DNA from: Candidatus Electronema halotolerans
GTDB lineage: Bacteria > Desulfobacterota > Desulfobulbia > Desulfobulbales > Desulfobulbaceae
Reading direction: 5' to 3'
Assembly: GCA_942493095.1 (NCBI GenBank)
Contig: OW818675.1
Coordinates: forward strand, 300,001-332,000
DNA: 32,000 nucleotides
This document shows, piece after piece, positions 1-9,557 of the stretch; position 1 is the stretch's first letter, and each line of letters opens with the position of its first letter. Made by a program: the position numbers and the translations under genes. Below the pieces are notes generated by a model, which made no database searches, was not told where the DNA came from, and saw nothing but the letters and a program-made list of their open reading frames with translations.

Positions 1-966
1 GAGGATTTTGACGCAGTGCTGATGGATATTCAGATGCCGGTCATGGACGGGTATGAGGCGACCCGGAAAATCCGGCAGGAGCTGGGCAGAACTGAACTGC
101 CGATTCTGGCCATGACCGCTCATGCGGTGAGCGAGGAGCGGGACAGATGCTTCCGCATGGGCATGGATGATCATATTGCCAAACCGGTCAGCCGCAGCAT
201 GCTGTTCAAGGTTCTGGCCAGATGGATACGACGGCCTCAGCCTGCTGCGGAACAGGCAGAGCCGCAGCTTCCTGCCAAAAGCTGCGGCCCTTCCTGCCTC
301 AGCGCGCTGTTCCTGGAGGACAGGAAAAACGGTGCTCAGGCTGTCGAGCTTGATCTGGCCGGTGGGATGGAACGGCTGGAAGGCAATAAGAACCTGTACG
401 TGAAGCTGCTCAAGAACTTCTGCCAAGAGCAGGAAAACATCGAGGCCCGGACTGAAGAGCTGCTGCGGACAAACAGTGTTGAGGCGGCTGTCTGTTCGGC
501 CCACAGTTTGAAAGGCGTGGCTGGCAATATTGGCCTGCCCGGAGTGCAAAAAATGGCGGCCAAGGCTGAAGAAGCCTTGCGGGCTGGCTGGACAGCGGAA
601 TCACAGGCACAACTGCGTCAGTTGGCCAGGCAGGTGCGGCAAACGGTTGATCATCTCAGCAGCCGTCTCAGCCCGGCGGAGAACAGCGAGGAGGAACAGG
701 AAGTTCCAGAGAATTTTGACCGGCAGGCCTCCTTGCAGACTCTTCAGCAACTTGCCGCCCTGCTGGAGCAGGCAGACTACTCCTCGCTCCAGTTTCTTGA
801 AGAACATAAAAGCATGATCCGACCGCTGATGAGCAGGCAGCATTTTCTTCGTCTGCTCCATTGCATCGAAGGCTTCAGCTTTGAACAGGCCTTGACAGTG
901 ATCAAGGCCAAACTGCGGCAAGAGGAGCACGATGACTGCGCCGTCAGCTTGGAGGCTGCGGTCTGA
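1..966 (+). CDS. Hybrid sensor histidine kinase / response regulator, C-terminal part (receiver domain plus HPt domain); 5' end outside window
   Basis: Frame is open from base 1 (EDFDAVLMDIQMPVMDGYEATRKIR, the receiver phosphoacceptor region), followed by an HPt motif AHSLKGVAGNIG. Confidence 0.9.
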   Translation, partial: EDFDAVLMDIQMPVMDGYEATRKIRQELGRTELPILAMTAHAVSEERDRCFRMGMDDHIAKPVSRSMLFKVLARWIRRPQPAAEQAEPQLPAKSCGPSCLSALFLEDRKNGAQAVELDLAGGMERLEGNKNLYVKLLKNFCQEQENIEARTEELLRTNSVEAAVCSAHSLKGVAGNIGLPGVQKMAAKAEEALRAGWTAESQAQLRQLARQVRQTVDHLSSRLSPAENSEEEQEVPENFDRQASLQTLQQLAALLEQADYSSLQFLEEHKSMIRPLMSRQHFLRLLHCIEGFSFEQALTVIKAKLRQEEHDDCAVSLEAAV

Positions 967-1011
967 TGATTCGGCAATTTCTCAGCAGAAAATGGCGGAG
1001 ACAGCACTGCC

Positions 1012-1872
1012 TCAGCCCAGCTTGGCAGACAGTTTCGGCACCGTGTAAGGCACTTGCAGATACTCAAGAACCTTGGCGGCCTTGGGCTGCCCGTGCTGGC
1101 GGAGCAGGCGTGAAAAGTTGATGCTGACACCAAAGTAAAAATCTCTTTCTTTGTTAAGCTCCGGCGTGTCATAGCCGCGTGTGTAGTAGCCGCCGTGCAG
1201 TTCAAGCCAGTCAAGCCACGTGTCTTGCAGGCTGTCAAAACCGTCTAATTTGACCACCATTGCATAATACATGTTGGAGTAGTCATCAAAAAGACCTTTG
1301 ATTGGCGCATTGAAGGCGTATTCAACCCGGAAGTCGATCTTGCGGTCCAAGGCCGGATAATGCTCCATCAGCACGCTGGTCAACATGCCGACCGTGTTCA
1401 TGGTCATGTCGCCCCAGTCAAAGCCCTGGGTTTCGCTGGTCGCATCATCCAGCTCCATGATCGTCTGGACTGTCCATGAAGACAAGGCAGCATAGGTGTT
1501 AGCTCGTTGCCCATCATAGCCCCAATGTTTATACAGCCCGGTGAGCGCATCAGACAGGGCGTAGGTTGACCAAAAATGCCCCATCTTGTCTGCGCCGCCG
1601 TACTTTGCGTCTTTCTCAAACCAGCCTTCGTTGGCCCAGTGAAACTGGGCCGAGCCATAGTCCCAGTCGGCAAAGCCGTACAGGGTGATGAAGGATGCGG
1701 CGGCGATGTTGGTGTACAGGACTTTCTTCTCCTTGGGCAGACTGCACCACCAGCCCGCATCAGGACTGGAGCCGGGTGCGGCAGAGCTGGTTATCGGCCC
1801 GCTCTGACTGAAGGCGGAGCTGGCAAGCAGCGGACTGAGGAGGAAAAGAAACGTCAGAGCGGGCAATTTCAT
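1012..1872 (-). CDS. DUF2279-like (YfiM-type) exported protein
   Basis: Signal-peptide-like N-terminus MKLPALTFLFLLSPLLASSAFS and the motif FEKDAKYGGADKMGHFWSTYALSDAL typical of DUF2279 proteins. Start chosen at the internal ATG. Confidence 0.7.
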   Translation of the reverse strand: MKLPALTFLFLLSPLLASSAFSQSGPITSSAAPGSSPDAGWWCSLPKEKKVLYTNIAAASFITLYGFADWDYGSAQFHWANEGWFEKDAKYGGADKMGHFWSTYALSDALTGLYKHWGYDGQRANTYAALSSWTVQTIMELDDATSETQGFDWGDMTMNTVGMLTSVLMEHYPALDRKIDFRVEYAFNAPIKGLFDDYSNMYYAMVVKLDGFDSLQDTWLDWLELHGGYYTRGYDTPELNKERDFYFGVSINFSRLLRQHGQPKAAKVLEYLQVPYTVPKLSAKLG

Positions 1873-2092
1873 GTTCTGCTCTCCAAGAGGCAAAGTTTTG
1901 CAATCAGCTTTTCAGCAAGGTACCCTGCCTGATAAAAAAAATCAATACAGACCAAAGAAGGCAGCCCGCAGCCGTCCCTCTGATTCCCGACTGCATGAGA
2001 AAACAAGTGCAAGAAATTGCCATTCATGCTATTTTTGCGAATTCTCCGCAGGTTGCGGGCGCAGTCCTCAACAGAGCAAGACGCATCAGGCA

Positions 2093-2341
2093 ATGGCAAT
2101 GAACAAGCTGCATATCACCGGGAAAAACTTTGATTTGGGCAAGGGCGAGATCGGAAGGATCATCCGCTTCCTCCTGTGCGGCAAAATCATGCCGTTAGGC
2201 AATCTTGGCGGCGGAGCGCGGCTGCGGGGCCTGCTGGCGCTGCTGCTCTCTCATACCTTTGGCGGGATCATCTTTCCCCTGCTTGTCCCTTTTGAAGACA
2301 AGCTCCATCACCTCTACCAGCGGCTGCGAAAGCAGGCATGA
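2093..2341 (+). CDS. Small hypothetical protein upstream of, and overlapping, the acyltransferase gene
   Basis: In-frame ATG at 2093 within ORF 1871-2341; stop overlaps the next start (TGATG). Confidence 0.45.
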   Translation: MAMNKLHITGKNFDLGKGEIGRIIRFLLCGKIMPLGNLGGGARLRGLLALLLSHTFGGIIFPLLVPFEDKLHHLYQRLRKQA

Positions 2342-3942
2342 TGCGCAGCCAAAAGGACTGGCTGGTCTTGACCGCCGCCCTGCTTCTCTATGCCGTGCTG
2401 CATATAGTTTGCAGCCGTGCGCTTTCCGGCGCGGCCTTTGTTGAAGTTGTGGCCGAGCTGGATCATCGCGACCGGTTCCAAGTCTTTTATTCAGGCGGCA
2501 GCGATTTCAGCGAGCAGCATTCATTTTTTTCCGCCATGATCGAGCCGGGTCAGCCGCAGACGGTGCGCATTGCCCTGCATTCCGCCTCAGTGCGGCGGCT
2601 GCGGCTTGATTTAGGCGAACAGCCCGGCACAGTCCGTCTCCACCAGATGACCGTGGCAGGCATCTTTGCCCAAGACGCAGCACTCTCAGCAGCAGATATT
2701 TTCCGGCTCTTCAGCAGTCATGCCCCAGATGCAGCCGTTCGTCTTGATCAGGATGCTGTGACAATCCAGACTGGCAAGGATTCCTATATTGTCTGCAATG
2801 AGCCGCTCTTGGGAACGCATTCCCTGCTGCTTTATTTCCTCCCGCCAGCCTTTGCGTTCTTCATCTTCCTCCTCCTCCAGCAGACAGCGTTCAGCAAACT
2901 GGCACCCTTTGCCGACCTGCGCGACAAGCGGCCATCTGTGGGGAAAAACATTGCGGCCTTGGATGGCCTGCGCGCCATTGCCGTGATTATGGTGGTGGCG
3001 GATCACACATGGGGTCTGTTTTCCGGTCTCGGAGCCAGCGGAGTGTGGATATTCATGACTCTGAGCGGCTTCCTGATTGCCCGACCCTTTATTCAGCAGC
3101 CGGAGCGGGCTGTCTCACTGTCGTATCTGCGCCATTTTTTCATCCGCCGGGCCAAAAGAATTCTGCCAGTTTATTGCGCCTACATTCTCGTGGTATTTGT
3201 CTTCAGCGGACGCTTTGACGAGGCAGCACTGCATCTTCTCTTTCTCAAAGGCAGCGGCCATCTCTGGGTGGTGCCGCAGGAAATGCTCTTTTATCTGCTC
3301 ACGCCGCCGCTCATGCTGACAAGCTGCCTGCTGCTTGGCAGCTATCCGCTGCTTGTCATTCCCGCGCTGACCGCGCTGATGCTGGCGGCCAACCGCTTTC
3401 TCGATCAGAGCGTCCTTGCCCTGCTCGGCATGGACAATGTCTGGCTGCGGCTTTATCTTGGCGTTTTTCTGGCTGGAGTCATTGCCTCTTGGCTGCATCA
3501 CGGCATCTGGCTGAAAAAGATCAGGCCGGACCTGCGGCAGAGATGCCGCTCCTGGGCAGCAGGCGCAGTCATTGCCATTCTCCTCTTTTTCCTCCTCTGC
3601 TCTGAAGAGCATCTCTGGGGCGGCAAGCGAATATTCACTCAGATATATTTCCCTTGGTTCGGCGCGGCAGCGGCAATGCTGATTCTCGCAGCCTTGGCAG
3701 CAGAGGACGCAGTCGCAGTGCGCTTTCTCTCCAGCCTGCCCCTGCGGGCACTGAGTTTGGTCTCCTTCAGTGTTTATATCTTTCACACTCTGATCTTGGA
3801 CATTCTCCGCAAAGGGGCGGAATTGTACTGCGGCAGGCATCTGACCGGCGCACCGCTGTTCCTTCTCACCCTTTTCGGGAGCTATCTCTTCGCCTGCATC
3901 ACTTATTCCCTGATCGAGCGGCCTTTTCTCCGCCCGGCATGA
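2338..3942 (+). CDS. Acyltransferase 3 (OafA-like) membrane protein with an N-terminal extracytoplasmic domain
   Basis: NIAALDGLRAIAVIMVVADH...GASGVWIFMTLSGFLIARPF signature and multiple hydrophobic segments. Confidence 0.85.
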   Translation: MMRSQKDWLVLTAALLLYAVLHIVCSRALSGAAFVEVVAELDHRDRFQVFYSGGSDFSEQHSFFSAMIEPGQPQTVRIALHSASVRRLRLDLGEQPGTVRLHQMTVAGIFAQDAALSAADIFRLFSSHAPDAAVRLDQDAVTIQTGKDSYIVCNEPLLGTHSLLLYFLPPAFAFFIFLLLQQTAFSKLAPFADLRDKRPSVGKNIAALDGLRAIAVIMVVADHTWGLFSGLGASGVWIFMTLSGFLIARPFIQQPERAVSLSYLRHFFIRRAKRILPVYCAYILVVFVFSGRFDEAALHLLFLKGSGHLWVVPQEMLFYLLTPPLMLTSCLLLGSYPLLVIPALTALMLAANRFLDQSVLALLGMDNVWLRLYLGVFLAGVIASWLHHGIWLKKIRPDLRQRCRSWAAGAVIAILLFFLLCSEEHLWGGKRIFTQIYFPWFGAAAAMLILAALAAEDAVAVRFLSSLPLRALSLVSFSVYIFHTLILDILRKGAELYCGRHLTGAPLFLLTLFGSYLFACITYSLIERPFLRPA

Positions 3943-3963
3943 TTATTTTCCCACAAACATCCC

Positions 3964-5913
3964 ATGCAGTTTTCCTCCCTGTTCAGCTATTTTTTTCCGG
4001 CCCGGCCCTTGCACGGCCTCAATCTGCTGCCAGCGGCAGCTAAAGAAGAGGCACCGTCCAAGGTCCAGCCTTGGCTCTTTCTCCTGATTTTGACCGCTGT
4101 CTTCAGCGCGGCCTATTATTTTCTTATTTTCAACCGCGCCCTTGTCGAACTGGAGCTGGAAACGGACACCCGCACCGTGCTCAAATTCTACTGGCCTGAC
4201 CAGCAGGGACAATACAGCGAGAAGAAATCAGCCCAGCTCCTGCTCAAGCCGGGGCGAAGAACCTACAGCATCCGGGTCACAGACATCTCCGGCCTTAATC
4301 ATCTGCGCTTGGATCCGAGCGAGAACAAGACCGCCATCATCAGCATTCACCGCCTTGCAGTGCGACAGATCGGCTTTCCTCTCTGGGAGCTGCGCAGCCA
4401 GGCTGATTTTGCCGCCCATCTGCGGGTTCTGACTGGCGTGGAGGCCATGAGTTTGCTGCCCAAAGGCGGCATCCGTCTTTGGATCAAAGATATTGATCCC
4501 CAGCTGGAGCTTGTCCTGCCGAACATGGTGCGGCACATTCCTTGGCTGCACGTGCTGGAGCACGGGCTGGGCATTTTCCTGCTGGCCTGCGGCTGCCTTT
4601 TCCTCTCCCGCCTCTTTTCGCCGCAGCTTGAGTTCATCCCGCTGCTGGCGGTCTTTGCTTTGGCCCTGATCATGGTCATGGCCGCGATCAGCGGTTTCAA
4701 CACCCATCCTGATGAATCCGTGCATGCAGCCGCAGGCAGCTATTACATCAATCACAGCCTGCCGCCCAGAGTCGGTGATCCGGCCATTGCTGACACGTAC
4801 AGCGTCTATGGCGTTTCCCGGCTTCATTCCGGTGAAATTTACTATCTGCTGGCCGGAAAGTTCCTCCGCCTGCTCAAGCCGCTTCATCTGCCAGCTTATC
4901 AGGGGATGCGCCTCTTCAATGTCCTGCTTTTCTTCATCCTGATTGTGGCGGCGGGCAGGGCGGGCTTCCGGCCTTTTTTCCTGCCGCTGCTGATTTCTCC
5001 CCAGATTTGGTATCTGTTCAGTTATGCGGACTCTGAGGCATTGTCCTTGTTTTTCAGCCTGCTGGCCGCCTGGCAGCTGGCCGCGCCTGATTCGCCTCTC
5101 AACCGTCTGCTGCGGAACGAGCCGGAACAATTTGCCTGGCTCACGCCCCTGCATCTTGGCCTCCTGCTTGGCCTGCTGCTGCTCCAGAAGCTGAATTTCT
5201 ATCCTCTCTACGTGTTCTTTTTCTGCTATTTCTTCTGGCGGCTCTGGCTGACCCCGCCAGTCTGGAGCAGGAGAACCATCGCCCGTTTTCTTGCCATTAT
5301 TCTGATTGGCGGCTTCTCTTTCAGCGCAGTCAAAATCACGGATGTCTGGGTCAATGACTTTAAAAAAGGCGAGTTGGAGCTGGCCGTCCGGGAGCAGCGG
5401 GCCGAGTACATGTACAAACCCAGCACACCGTTGGCGAAAAAGCATCCCTATCTTCAGCTCTGCGACCGGGGCAAGACCCTGCGGCAGATGCTGGAGGTTG
5501 ACCGCTGGGGCGAGAACTCATTCCGAACCGCTTTTGGGGTCTATGGCTACACCCAGTATTCAGCTCCGTTCGCCTATTACGACTATGTGCGGGTGATCGG
5601 ATTGCTGCTCCTGCTGGTGCTGGCCATTGCCCTGCTGCGCGCCGGGCTGCCCGGCCTGAGCCTGCTCGGTCTGGCCGCAGGCTGGAGCCTGTTTTTTCTT
5701 GCCGTTTTGATCTATCATGCCTGGACCGAGGATTTTCAAGCCCAAGGCCGGTATCTGCTGCCCATGCTGCCTATGCTGGCCATGCTCTATTATCACTGCC
5801 AGCGGGTTCTGAGCCGACCGCTGTTCTACAGTGTATTTGTTCTTCTCTTTCTGCTTTCAGTGTATAACTTCATCTTCATCGGCCTGCATGACATTGGCAG
5901 GTCTTTGCTGTAA
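3964..5913 (+). CDS. Polytopic membrane glycosyltransferase-like protein (DUF2142/GT39-like)
   Basis: Many TM segments; GFNTHPDESVHAAAGSYYI acidic motif after the first TM helices; located directly downstream of the acyltransferase. Confidence 0.6.
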   Translation: MQFSSLFSYFFPARPLHGLNLLPAAAKEEAPSKVQPWLFLLILTAVFSAAYYFLIFNRALVELELETDTRTVLKFYWPDQQGQYSEKKSAQLLLKPGRRTYSIRVTDISGLNHLRLDPSENKTAIISIHRLAVRQIGFPLWELRSQADFAAHLRVLTGVEAMSLLPKGGIRLWIKDIDPQLELVLPNMVRHIPWLHVLEHGLGIFLLACGCLFLSRLFSPQLEFIPLLAVFALALIMVMAAISGFNTHPDESVHAAAGSYYINHSLPPRVGDPAIADTYSVYGVSRLHSGEIYYLLAGKFLRLLKPLHLPAYQGMRLFNVLLFFILIVAAGRAGFRPFFLPLLISPQIWYLFSYADSEALSLFFSLLAAWQLAAPDSPLNRLLRNEPEQFAWLTPLHLGLLLGLLLLQKLNFYPLYVFFFCYFFWRLWLTPPVWSRRTIARFLAIILIGGFSFSAVKITDVWVNDFKKGELELAVREQRAEYMYKPSTPLAKKHPYLQLCDRGKTLRQMLEVDRWGENSFRTAFGVYGYTQYSAPFAYYDYVRVIGLLLLLVLAIALLRAGLPGLSLLGLAAGWSLFFLAVLIYHAWTEDFQAQGRYLLPMLPMLAMLYYHCQRVLSRPLFYSVFVLLFLLSVYNFIFIGLHDIGRSLL

Positions 5914-6120
5914 TTTTCCTGACAATCCATGCTGCGGGCGGTGTTTTTTGTCAGTAAAACCATTAAAAGACCGGAGAAGTTTGTGTAAATGAAAAGTGCT
6001 GAAAGTGTCGAAGAAGTATCGAAGTGCTGCATGGCCTGATCAGGACACCAAAAAAGCCATAATTACAACTATCTGATTTATCAAAAACAAGTCATGCGTT
6101 TGTCTTGGAATAATGCCGGG

Positions 6121-6837
6121 TCAGTCGGTTGAAAAACGGTATTTGAGGATGCAGTACAGGGCGCGGAAGCCGTCCTTGATGCCGATCTTCTTGCCTTCAG
6201 CATAGGTGCGACCGCTGTAGGAAATGCCGACTTCGTAAATCGGGCAGCCAGTTCTGGCCACTTTGGCCGTGATCTCCGGCTCAAAGCCAAACCGGTCTTC
6301 CCGGATGGTGATGTTCTGCAGCACCTCCCGCCGGAAGACCTTGTAGCAGGTTTCCATGTCGGTCAGGTTCAAATTGGTGCATATATTGGAGAGCAGGGTC
6401 AGGAGGCGGTTGCCGACCATGTGCCAGAAATACAGCACCCGGTGCGCTTCTGAACCGACAAAGCGGGAGCCATAGACCACGTCGGCCTTGCCATCAAGAA
6501 TCGGCTGGAGCAGCTTGGGATATTCTTGAGGATCGTATTCCAAATCCGCATCCTGAATCAGGATGATATCGCCGGTCGCAGCAGCGAAGCCGGAGCGCAG
6601 GGCCGCGCCTTTACCCTGGTTTTGCTCATGAAAGACCCGGACGATGTTGCTGTCCGGTAGCTGCTCCATGATTTGCCTGGTGCTGTCAGTGGAAGCATCG
6701 TCAACAAGAACAAGCTCCTTGGCCAACGGCAGCTGCACCGCCTGCACGGTCTTGACCACGGTTTGCAAGGTCTTTTCTTCGTTATAGGCGGGAATGACAA
6801 TGGACAGTTTGGCAAAGCCTGCGGCGGGGTTCTTCAT
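6121..6837 (-). CDS. Family 2 glycosyltransferase (polyprenyl-phosphate mannose/glucose synthase-like)
   Basis: [67 protein letters not shown]. Confidence 0.92.
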   Translation of the reverse strand: MKNPAAGFAKLSIVIPAYNEEKTLQTVVKTVQAVQLPLAKELVLVDDASTDSTRQIMEQLPDSNIVRVFHEQNQGKGAALRSGFAAATGDIILIQDADLEYDPQEYPKLLQPILDGKADVVYGSRFVGSEAHRVLYFWHMVGNRLLTLLSNICTNLNLTDMETCYKVFRREVLQNITIREDRFGFEPEITAKVARTGCPIYEVGISYSGRTYAEGKKIGIKDGFRALYCILKYRFSTD

Positions 6838-7403
6838 CGTACTTTTCTCATCACACAGAAGTTGTTCATGCCAAGCTGAAAGGAACGATGCTTGACGATT
6901 GCAAATCTGCCGTCAGCCGCAGCAAGCTGACGCAGTTCCGGCAGGTCATAGTATTTTTTATGATCCGCTATCTCGGCCTGGCTGACAAGGCCCAGTTTGA
7001 AGGCGAGAAACTCCAGCACAGGTTTGGCCCGTTTTCCCGGCACAGTCAGAACTAATTTGCCGTCCTCCTGCAAGACTCGGCCTATTTCCGCCAGCATTTC
7101 CTGCGGTTTTTCCAAGTGCTCAAGCACGGCCAGCATGGTCACGGCATGGAACGAGTGGTCGGCAAACGGCAGCGAGGCATCCAGCCGGGCTTGGATAGTG
7201 CGGATTTTACCAAAGGAGGCGGCAGGGACTTTGAAGTCGATCCCTGTGCCTTGGGCAATATGCGGGGCAATGGTTGACAAAAACTTATGATTGAAGCCGC
7301 AGCCGATATCTAACAGATTGCAGTCTGGAATTGCTCTGATCTCATCCAGCACCCTGCCGATTCGCATCTTTCTGAGAATCGGCTCCATGATCGCCTCGTG
7401 CAT
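6834..7403 (-). CDS. Class I SAM-dependent methyltransferase
   Basis: [13 protein letters not shown] motif [36 protein letters not shown]. Overlaps the GT2 start by 4 bp. Alternative start ATG at 7388. Confidence 0.85.
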   Translation of the reverse strand: MHEAIMEPILRKMRIGRVLDEIRAIPDCNLLDIGCGFNHKFLSTIAPHIAQGTGIDFKVPAASFGKIRTIQARLDASLPFADHSFHAVTMLAVLEHLEKPQEMLAEIGRVLQEDGKLVLTVPGKRAKPVLEFLAFKLGLVSQAEIADHKKYYDLPELRQLAAADGRFAIVKHRSFQLGMNNFCVMRKVR

Positions 7404-9117
7404 TGCTCATCATCTCCCAGACCGGCGGCACAAGCAGAACCAGCAGCAGTGGCAGCACCTGCACGGTCAGCCGGTTCCAAGCCGTGCCGATCTGCCAGTA
7501 TATTTCGTTGCTGCTGCAAAGAATAATGGCAAGATAACCGGCCAAGAGAGCAATTGGCAAGAACAAAGGCCGCAGATCATCTTTGCGCCTGAACAGTATT
7601 GCGACCAGAGCAAAGATGATGCCAAAGCCGACAAGGTTCCATTGCCGGACATCCTTCCACATTACGTAGATCGCCTTGCCTGCTGGCAGCAGCCGTCCAG
7701 CGGCATGACGCAGGCTGGCGGCTTGCCAATGCAGGCCCGCAGCAGCTTGGGAGCTGAGATCAAGATGCAGCCGTGACCACCAGAACCAGAAGGCGGTGCA
7801 GCCTGCAAAGGTGAGCAGATAGAGCACTGCCGCCTTCAGCTGCCCGCTACCAAGGAGCATCAAGCCAAGCAGCAGGGCAAAGAGCAGACCTTCGTTTTTT
7901 GTCAACGCTGCTCCGGCGGCGAACAAGGCGGCAAGCACCGCATCAGCTAATCTGCTGTCGCTTTGCCAGCGCAGGAATGCGGATAAGCCGCAGGTCATCA
8001 TCAGCCAGAGTGGGGCCTCGGCATAGCCCCATGAGGCGACCAGCGGCACATTGGGAACAGAGACAAACAAGGCGGCGGCAAAAAATCCGGCCAGCTGGCT
8101 GCCGCTCTGCCGCCTGACCGCAGCCAGCATCTCCCAAGCGCAGAGCAGGAGAAAGACTGCGCCCCAGCCCTTGCTCCAGCATTCCTCCCAGCCGCCAGCC
8201 AGCCAGCCGGACAAAGCCCAGATTGTCGGCCAGAGCAGCGGATAATCCGGGTGGCCGAACCGGGTCACATCTTTGAGCGGGCCGCTGCCCAAGGCCAGCA
8301 CTTTGGCCTTGCTGCCCCACATTGCCCACGCATCCCAGTCATCCGGGACCACAACCACAGCCATGAGGAAGCTCCACAGCACTGCCAGCAGAATGATCAG
8401 GCCCAGCAGCCCGGCCAAGAGCCGTTCTCGTCCGGGCATGGCCGCAGGAGCGGGACGAGCCGGAGGAGACAGTCTGCTGACAAGCGCATTGCCAAGCAGC
8501 ATGGCCCAGCCGACAAGTGCGAGAATGATTGCCCCGCCAAAGGCTGGGGCGGCGGAAAGAAAAAACAAACGGCTCGGCAGTGCCAAAAGTGTGATGAAAA
8601 GGCAGGCCAAGGCCAGGCATTCCGGCCAAGTGGCCCGTCCGCGCCACATTTTGCGGAGCAAGGCGGCCCAGCCGAGCAGCACGGCAAAGGACAAAATCAG
8701 CCCCTTGGGACTGCTGCGTTCTTCCGACAGGGAAGCCGTGTCAGGCTGTCCGGCGGGCGGGCCGCTGACAGTCAGAGTGCCGCCTTTGACATCAAGGATG
8801 TGCTCGGCTTTTTTGACCGGAATGCGGGGAATCAGCAGATACTGGATGTAGGAGAGCGCGTTTGCGTCGCCGCGTGCCTTATAGCGGAGAGCAGCAGGCC
8901 ACTGCGCTGCCAGCTCTGCTGTCTTATCTGCCAAGACCGGAGGCAGACCGGCCCGCTCAAAGACAATCCGCCGCTGTTCGGCAGGACTTTTGCCAAAATA
9001 GAGCACCCGTTCGCGCTGCTGCCAGAGCTGATACATGCACGCCAAGGCGGCAAAGGTCACAAGCAGCCAGCAGCCGATAGACACTTTGAGCAGCATGTTT
9101 TTGGCCTTGCCGCTCAT
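7342..9117 (-). CDS. Polytopic membrane protein, mannosyltransferase-like (GT39/ArnT-like)
   Basis: Roughly 12 hydrophobic segments; DDWDAWAMWGSKAKVLALG motif and DYPLLWPT. ATG at 9117; the ORF call at 9123 uses GTG. Confidence 0.65.
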   Translation of the reverse strand: MSGKAKNMLLKVSIGCWLLVTFAALACMYQLWQQRERVLYFGKSPAEQRRIVFERAGLPPVLADKTAELAAQWPAALRYKARGDANALSYIQYLLIPRIPVKKAEHILDVKGGTLTVSGPPAGQPDTASLSEERSSPKGLILSFAVLLGWAALLRKMWRGRATWPECLALACLFITLLALPSRLFFLSAAPAFGGAIILALVGWAMLLGNALVSRLSPPARPAPAAMPGRERLLAGLLGLIILLAVLWSFLMAVVVVPDDWDAWAMWGSKAKVLALGSGPLKDVTRFGHPDYPLLWPTIWALSGWLAGGWEECWSKGWGAVFLLLCAWEMLAAVRRQSGSQLAGFFAAALFVSVPNVPLVASWGYAEAPLWLMMTCGLSAFLRWQSDSRLADAVLAALFAAGAALTKNEGLLFALLLGLMLLGSGQLKAAVLYLLTFAGCTAFWFWWSRLHLDLSSQAAAGLHWQAASLRHAAGRLLPAGKAIYVMWKDVRQWNLVGFGIIFALVAILFRRKDDLRPLFLPIALLAGYLAIILCSSNEIYWQIGTAWNRLTVQVLPLLLVLLVPPVWEMMSNARGDHGADSQKDANRQGAG

Positions 9118-9500
9118 AAGCACTTCCTTTCAGGTCGTGGAGTCAGGCAGCTCAAGGTTGTTTGCTCTCCGCAGCAAGGCCCTGCTCGACGTTTTTTCAA
9201 AATCAGAAATTCTTTTGATGTCTCCTGTTGCCAAAGACAGGGCGGCCCGCCAATAACAATGTCAGCCTTTGGATAAACAGTATCAACAGTCAGGGTTTTT
9301 TGAACACATCTGCCGAGCAAGTTGCGGTTGTATGTTTCTGCTGCGTATTCCTCCATTTCATAGCCAATGGTTTTAAATCCATTAGCTTCAAAACCAAGTG
9401 ACAAACCGCCGCACCCTGCAAAAAGATCAATGACTGTTTTGTTGAGCGCAACATCAATCCAAGGAGTTAATTCTTTCTTTATTTTTTCCCAGTATTCCAT
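9114..9500 (-). pseudogene. Truncated C5 cytosine DNA methyltransferase, 5' fragment
   Basis: TVIDLFAGCGGLSLGFEANGF (motif I), ADIVIGGPPC (motif IV). After PPC the expected QPFS-like continuation is absent and the ORF ends within about 45 residues of unrelated sequence. Confidence 0.8.
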
Positions 9501-9557
9501 CTTTGCTTTTAAAGGGGCAGATGCTAAGGCATTGCCCCTTGTTGTGCAAGAAAAATG

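Noticed and set aside
4228-5445. 405-aa minus-strand ORF opposite the membrane glycosyltransferase gene
   Set aside because: Gln/Arg/Glu-rich translation without domains, antisense to a hydrophobic protein gene; a standard shadow ORF.
8251-9276. 341-aa plus-strand ORF opposite the polytopic membrane protein gene
   Set aside because: Antisense to a coherent membrane protein; no motif support.
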